Source: the human T2T-CHM13v2.0 reference genome, Homo sapiens
Assembly (NCBI RefSeq): GCF_009914755.1
Contig: NC_060929.1
Strand: one strand, 5' to 3'
DNA length: 64,000 nucleotides
Shown here: positions 57,713-64,000 of the stretch, one piece after another
Layout of the letters: every line of letters starts with the position of its first letter
Position numbering within the stretch: position 1 is the stretch's first letter
The notes under the pieces: model-generated
Seen by the model: only the letters and a program-made list of their open reading frames with translations
Told to the model about the DNA's origin: nothing
Database searches by the model: none
Made by a program: the position numbers and the translations under genes

Positions 57713-58352
57713 TGCGAAGGGAGATAAAAATTAATACTTTTTATGAATGAGGCAAATAAGTCAGACTACTGTTATGGAAAAGACTATATGCTCTTCTGAA
57801 GAGGAATAAATAGAATAAATAAGAAATATGACAAACCTTTTTAGGCAGTTGTCTGAGTGTGGATAAAATGAGTTGGCCATCTTCTAAAACTTCAGCTAGC
57901 AAATTTGCCTAGGCCAAAGGCAATTTTTCTTTATGTTATAGCTTCTATATTTAACTAGTGTCTATTATTATAAAAATGGCTGACAACAAGAAATCTGGGC
58001 TTTTCACTGCTTCCTTATCAATAGATTCAACTTTGGTTTTGATTAGTTGTCTACTTTTTATCTATTGATTGCTTATATTTATTTCTGGAAAGGTATAATT
58101 GGGTTCAATTCACATAACTTTCATTTTTTTTCAGGGGAACAAGGAAGAAATTTATGTAATAAAGATTACAAAAATAAGTATTCTATAGATAATCTAAAAT
58201 ATTAATACAGGTTAAAATTGCTGTGTAGAAAATAGTTCAAAAGCACATTTCAAAAATGACTTATGTAATCAAATAAACCTAAGAAATAAAGTCAAGGTAT
58301 ATAATGCTTTATTCCAAATATAGGAAAAGAATGAGAATAGAGAGGAATTTGC

Positions 58353-58823
58353 TGTGAAGGACTGCAGAGCGTCTGGGACTTTATCCTTCTTTATCCTACT
58401 TTATCTTATAACAAGTTAGCTTGTTACTGTTTCATGAATGCTGGCAGAGACATGAGACTCCTGGGTCAAAGACATTTTACTTCATTACTCATCACAAAAG
58501 CAATAGCCAGAAGTTCATGTTCATGTCCTCCTTCTGTGTGCACACATGGGAGCAATGCAGCGCCTTGTGATGGATGATCATAATCTATTGGGTTGTTAAT
58601 GAATAGATACATTGAGCTAGTGAAATTCACTGCCGTTATAGCAAGCAGACACAAGACTACATTTTGTCTAGGAAAGGGGTTATGTCCTCCCTCCTGTTTG
58701 CCTGCTGAGGACATATGATGGTAAGTATCCTAGGAAAAGAATGATCAGAGCTATGTATTCTTGGAATAGCCAGGAAGAACATGCAAGAACATGGAGGGCT
58801 CATTGTGTGTTACCTCTCCTAAT
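58353..58823 (-). mobile_element. MER77-like ERVL solo LTR
   Basis: TAACAAGTTAGC..GTTTCATGAATGCTGGCAGAGACATGAGACTCCTGGGTCA..TTACTCA..end CTCTCCTAA. Confidence 0.8.
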
Positions 58824-59039
58824 GCGAGCCAATGCTTTGAGCTTGAAGAAAACTGTGAGCAGAAAAAAAAAAAATCCCTATTCCTCTATTTCCAGCAATA
58901 CAAACAATGACTGGCTCATGGTAGGCTCAATAAATATCCAGTGTCATAATTGAATCATTAAGAACGAGCTGATGGACTTTGCACTTGGAGTAACATAAGG
59001 GGGCTACACATGGCCACAAACACCCTGTTGGGAAGTGTC

Positions 59040-59400
59040 ATCTTAGCTGAGAAATCACTGAAGATTGTTAGTAAGGAAAGGGCATGTTCAGATTTATAAT
59101 TTGGAACCATCACTTTGCCCTCAATATGATGATGGATTTAAGGAGAGCAAGACTAAGGCAGGGAGACAAATTAAAAAGCTATTGCAACAGACAGATTAGG
59201 TGATTATAAGGCTTTAAACTAGGAAATTATTAGGCAGGACAACATGAAAAGTGATTTTAGCAATATTTAGAGAGCAACACACAAGCCTAAATCCTTAATA
59301 GAATGAGAAGAGGGGATAGACGCTAAGATAATGCATAGTGTCATCACTTGAGACTGGGTCAATATGCCTTATGTAGAAAATCATCAATTCAGAAATCGTG
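59040..59400 (-). mobile_element. L2 relic
   Basis: CAGATTT..ATCACT..GATGGATT..GCAAGACTAAGGCAGGGAGAC..GCTATTGCA. Confidence 0.65.
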
Positions 59401-61139
59401 AAGTTTTAATTAGATCCATTCAAATAAATATATTTTTAAAAAACAAATTTTATTTTAGTTTTCTAATAGATTTTATACAAATATAACTTTTTTATATTTA
59501 TGATACTAAAATTAAACATTTAAATTTTTTTATAAATGTCTTTACATAGAGCAATAGTTTCTTTCTTAGAATATCAAAATACATACTTAAAATTGAATTA
59601 TCTGTTCTACACAGATTTATTCCTTTCTCATGTCTTTCACTTCCTACTTAAATTATTCCTGTGATGATACAGCTAAGTAAGCTGTTCAGCTATGTTATTT
59701 ACCCTTTAAAAGATGAGTAATTTACTCATTGGTAATCATGCAGCTGATAACCTTTGTTTTGATAAATTGCTTTTGAATTATATTTCTCAAGCCAGAAGCT
59801 TTATTATATTTGGTTGCTAAGACAAGCAAATTTTAAGAGTAGCTTTAAATAACATGCTTATTAGCCTCCTTCAACAAGGAGTACAACATTCTTCTCTACC
59901 AAAACCTAGTAAAATTTTAGGGTTAAAAGACAGCATTTAAATGAAACAAAGCTATGTATGTAGACTCACGACATGTAAATATTTGCATAATTTTGGAGAT
60001 TTACTAAATAGACATTCCATATAGTTTTTAATGAATGGAGAAATAAATATGTCCTTATTTTTTGCATATTGCTGTACTCTAACATCAGCATCGTGTTCCA
60101 AGTAAGTTTATTTAGTGGAATTAACTTTCAGGTTTTCAATTTTTTAAGGGAAAGACATGCTGATTTATTTATATAAAAACCAAAAAGGTATTTATTTTAT
60201 TTATTTATTTTCATGCTTTCCATGGCAGACTGTGGCAAACAACCCTCCACTCAAATGAAATATGCTGTTTTATTTTGCTTTTGATCATTCATTGTAGGCT
60301 ATCACAATTTCCATTAACATGAATGCAAATTCTCAGAGAAATAAAATTAGTACAAAATTCCAAAATTCAGTATTTCTCTCAAAGGGAAAACAGTATAAAT
60401 GGAATTTTCATAATGAATCACATAACTATCATTTATTCAGTTATTTGAGAAACTGGAAACATATCAATATTTAAGTGGACTAATTTTAAACACATGCAAA
60501 ATGGCATAAATGCCATATTTTTTTTAATGTAATAGTACATATATTTGCAGATGGTGTCTCTAAAATACCAAACTGAGTGTCTAAGGAAGAATGTAGCTGC
60601 CTAGATTTTTTGTAGTAGAGAAGACAGTGAAGGAAATGCTGCTACTTTTATTGTAAATTAAAGGAGGATCCTTCATGAGAGATCTGAGTTTCCAAGAATG
60701 TCGGGTTGACATTTACGAAGTTGATTTGTCTTGACATTTAGAAGAGTTCCACACAATTATGTGTACATGTTCTAACATTATGTAAACCAAAATACATTTG
60801 TAATGTTTTAAGCTTTTAAAAGAAGATGGCTGTTTTAAGAGACAGAGAACAAGACTACTTTTACGTGCAAGCAGATTTCAGACTTGGAAAATGAAACAAT
60901 GACATTTGCCTATAAAGTTGGATCTCAGAGCAAAATAGATCAAAATGTCAAACTATTGAAACGGTGTCACAGGTTTTTATTGTATTAAAGAATACTTTAA
61001 AGTTTTGATTTTCAGGGTAGAGGCAAGACAATGTACCATGTTAAAAAGAGGATAAAAAGATTTCAGGTTTAACCATGTAAAAATTGCTGATGTTCAACCT
61101 CTGACTTATAAAAGAAGCAATTTCAAGTGATATAAAATG

Positions 61140-61345
61140 ATACCTAATATTTATTGAGTGCTTTCAGACTTACATATCTCAACACATTCAATTCTCCAAA
61201 AACTTGTAAGTGGATGGTACCGATGATGTCCTCATTTTACAGATGAGCAAATGGACAAAAAGTAACTAAGTAACCCACCTAGAGCCATGCAAGTCAAATG
61301 TGTACCTGAACCCAGTGTGGCTATACAACTGTGCTTTGAACCCCG
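61140..61345 (-). mobile_element. MIR
   Basis: ATTTATTGAGTGCTT..CATTTTACAGATGAG..AAGTAAC..TGAACCCAG. Confidence 0.75.
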
Positions 61346-61399
61346 ATGCTCTTCTTTTTCCGAGAAGAGGTGATGGGCTGGATGTTAAATATTTTAAAA

Positions 61400-61860
61400 A
61401 TCATGGGGTTATAGTATGTGCTGCTTGGAAATCCTGTACTAGCCCTTTTCTAAGAATTTGGAAGGTCTCCCAGTCTAAAAGTATGATAGCAAGCCAGTAG
61501 ATCATGAATTTACTATAAACAATGCCTTAAGATAACTAATGTGGAGGCAGGATGAATATAAGACAAGGCTGGACAAAAAAACTGGAGGGGGAAGCTTGGT
61601 TAAATCTTTAAGACATGTAGACATTACCTAGTACAGTGGCAGTGGGAAATGGGAAGGGAAGCATAAAAACAGGAAGCAATGCAAAAGGAATATTTGGATA
61701 CTGGTACTGATGACAGTAAAAGAGAGAATGAAATGTGATGCTTATCTTCCCATTCAGTTGACTAAGAAAATTATCTTCAAGTTGTTAGAGAATAAAGAGG
61801 ACATGTGGAAAAGAATCTTGAAATTGGTGTGGTCAGGAAAACAATTAAGTGTTTCATATG
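61400..61860 (-). mobile_element. L2 relic
   Basis: Degenerate purine-rich L2 body (GCAGTGGGAAATGGGAAGGGAAG). Confidence 0.4.
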
Positions 61861-61883
61861 CTATCATAGCCTATAGCAGCTTT

Positions 61884-62028
61884 TGTTTTGCTTTTTTGTT
61901 TTATTTGTTTGTTTGTTTTTGAGACAGAGTATATCTCTGTTGTCCAGGCTGGAATGAAGGGCCACAGTCATAGCTCACTGCAGCCTCGATCTCCTGGGCT
62001 CAAGTGATATTCTCGACTCAGAATCCTG
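61884..62028 (-). mobile_element. 5'-truncated AluJ/FLAM-like fragment
   Basis: GAGACAGAGT..CCAGGCTGGA..TCATAGCTCACTGCAGCCTCG..CCTGGGCTCAAGTGAT; TSD CCT(A/G)TAGCAG(C/T)TT at ~61870 and ~62029. Confidence 0.88.
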
Positions 62029-62120
62029 CCTGTAGCAGTTTTAAAGTTTGTTTGTTTTGTAATAAGAAATGAAGTACCATACTTATATATGTAATACATG
62101 CTTAATAAAGGATGTATTCT

Positions 62121-62430
62121 GGCCAGGTGCGGTGGCTCATTCCTCTAATCCAAGCACTTTGGGAGGTTGAGGCAGGCAGATTACCTGAGGCTGGTAGTTC
62201 GAGACCAGCCTGACCAACATGGTGAGATCCTGTCTCTAGTGAAAATGTAAACATTAGCTGGGCGCGGTGGCACGTGCCTGTAGACCTAGCTACTCAGGAT
62301 GCTGAGGCAGGAGAATTGCTTCAACCCAGGAGACCGAGTTTGCAGTGAGCTGAGGTTGTAGCACTGCACTTCAGCCTGGGCAACAGAGCGAGACTTTGTC
62401 TCAAAAAACAACAACAAGAACAACAAAAAA
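62121..62430 (+). mobile_element. Alu (AluS-type), (CAA)n tail
   Basis: Full dimer; TSD ATGTATTCT. Confidence 0.94.
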
Positions 62431-63897
62431 CCCATATGTATTCTATTGCTATTTTATAAAAGGTTTTACATTTCTTTCAGGAGCTTAATTTTGATTTGTA
62501 TAAGAAATTCCTCCTTGATATTTGGAAGAGGCAAAATTTAAATAACTATTAGCTTGTTATCAGCATTGCTAATAACTATTGTAACACATCACTCCACTAA
62601 ATATTAATACAAACATTGTTCACTATTATGTGCAACATTTTAAAAAGTGAAGTATAATGGTCTTTTCCTTTCAGAAGCATGCCTATAGTCACATAAATGT
62701 GTACGTGTGTATATTAACACCTGAATATTCCACATAGTTCTTTACTTTAGATTTATTCTAAAAAAACCAATTTCCTAAAAAAAAGTGTATACATTTGAGC
62801 ACATGCCTGAAATGATACACAAAACAAAATACTTGATAATAGGACCCTGTCACGTGTATGCATATGTTTGTTTTTCAAGGCCAGACACAGTGCTTTGCAC
62901 TTGTAGGTGACTGGTGAATGCTTTTGAGAAAAACAAAACAAAACAAACAAGAAACCAAAAACTGGGGGAGGGAATCCAGTTGGTCAAGGGATCAGCTTGC
63001 ATGGAATAGGCATTTCATAAACGTGAGCAGCTTTTCTATACCACAGGTTTTTCAGTAGAGATATTTTTATGTTTCCTGTGGCCTTCCATAACACAATGAT
63101 GTGCAATTCCTTGAGAGTGACGTATTTGTAATATATTTCTGGATAAATATTCCCAAAGCCATATTACAGGGACCTACATGTCTTTTGTCTTTGTGTTTTC
63201 TCTGGAAAGGGGAGCATCCCCTGCTCTCTGACAGAAGGGAGAGGAATAAGTCTGATTTGTGAGAGCCTAGAATTCACTGTACATGTTTCTTGAGTGGAAG
63301 GGTTATCCATTTCCCCACCATGACACTTGATCATCTTTCCCTTCATTTCACAAGGGGAAGGTCCACAGTGCCCTCCCCTAGACTTCCTGCCTCTGTGTAC
63401 TGAACATAATTATATGGATGGGCTCTGGGCATGTTTTCCATAGGCAGAAATGGATCCTCTCATTTCCTCTTTGTGCCAACAGTTTGGTGACTGAGCTAGT
63501 CCGACAGAAGTGCTCTGGAGTGCAGCCCTGCTCTTTTCCATTTCATGGTGATTGGTGGGAAAAGCATAGAGGTAGGAGAGTTAATTACCTTTCCTCTTGT
63601 TCCAAGACACACTACCTAATTCAGCTTTAACAAATTTCCAACATTAGGGGCTGTTCACTTGCTAATATTGTGGTTGTTCACTTACTAATACAGTGGCTAA
63701 ATATTTTGAGAATTTTAAGTAATTGTATTTTGAATAGATTCTCTCCTTCACTTATATCCCAGAAGGGAGGCAGGGAAAACCTCAGTCTTGCTTCATCATC
63801 CAGACCCCTGGTCTTTAAAATAAACCAATGTAATATTCTGTAGAATATTACTATTGAAAGAAAGATTGGCATGTAGGCTAGAAGATAACATGTGGCA

Positions 63898-64000
63898 GGC
63901 CGGGCGCAGTGGCTCATGTCTGTAATCCCAGCACTTTGGGAGGCCGAGGTGGGTGGATCACGAAGTCAAGAGATCGAGACCATCCTGGCCAATGTGGTGA
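63898..64000 (+). mobile_element. Alu 5' part (AluSc-like), cut by window end
   Basis: GGCCGGGCGCAGTGG..GATCACGAAGTCAAGAGATCGAGACCATCCTGGCCAA. Confidence 0.93.

Noticed and set aside
59040-61860. Resemblance between 59040-59400 and 61400-61860 as a local duplication
   Set aside because: Explained by both being diverged L2 relics; no shared private junction is visible.

Overview
AT-rich, repeat-dense primate genomic DNA, most likely human: an AluYa5 with all five diagnostic positions lies at 46703. It reads as intergenic or deep intronic. I found no protein-coding gene, RNA gene or CRISPR array that I can support; the ORF track is explained by Alu, L1, Tigger1 and LTR sequence or by chance. 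The window holds about 20 Alus or Alu fragments, a near full-length ancient L1M with nested L1PA and Alu insertions, a near full-length Tigger1 fossil, a HAL1-like relic, several solo LTRs (MER21, MLT1, THE1, MSTD, MER31, MER57-group, MER77) and L2/MIR relics. The most unusual signals are local copy or template-switch scars. (1) A Tigger1+Alu+Alu block is copied 2.4 kb upstream and keeps sequence that is lost from its parent. (2) A 125-bp unique segment is pasted into an L2 1.4 kb from its donor. (3) An MLT1B end has an inverted duplication, with nearby hairpin scars. (4) An 11 x 32-bp minisatellite arose inside an L1 3' UTR. I see no evidence of a new gene system. Family names come from recalled consensus sequences; subfamilies and boundaries are approximate.
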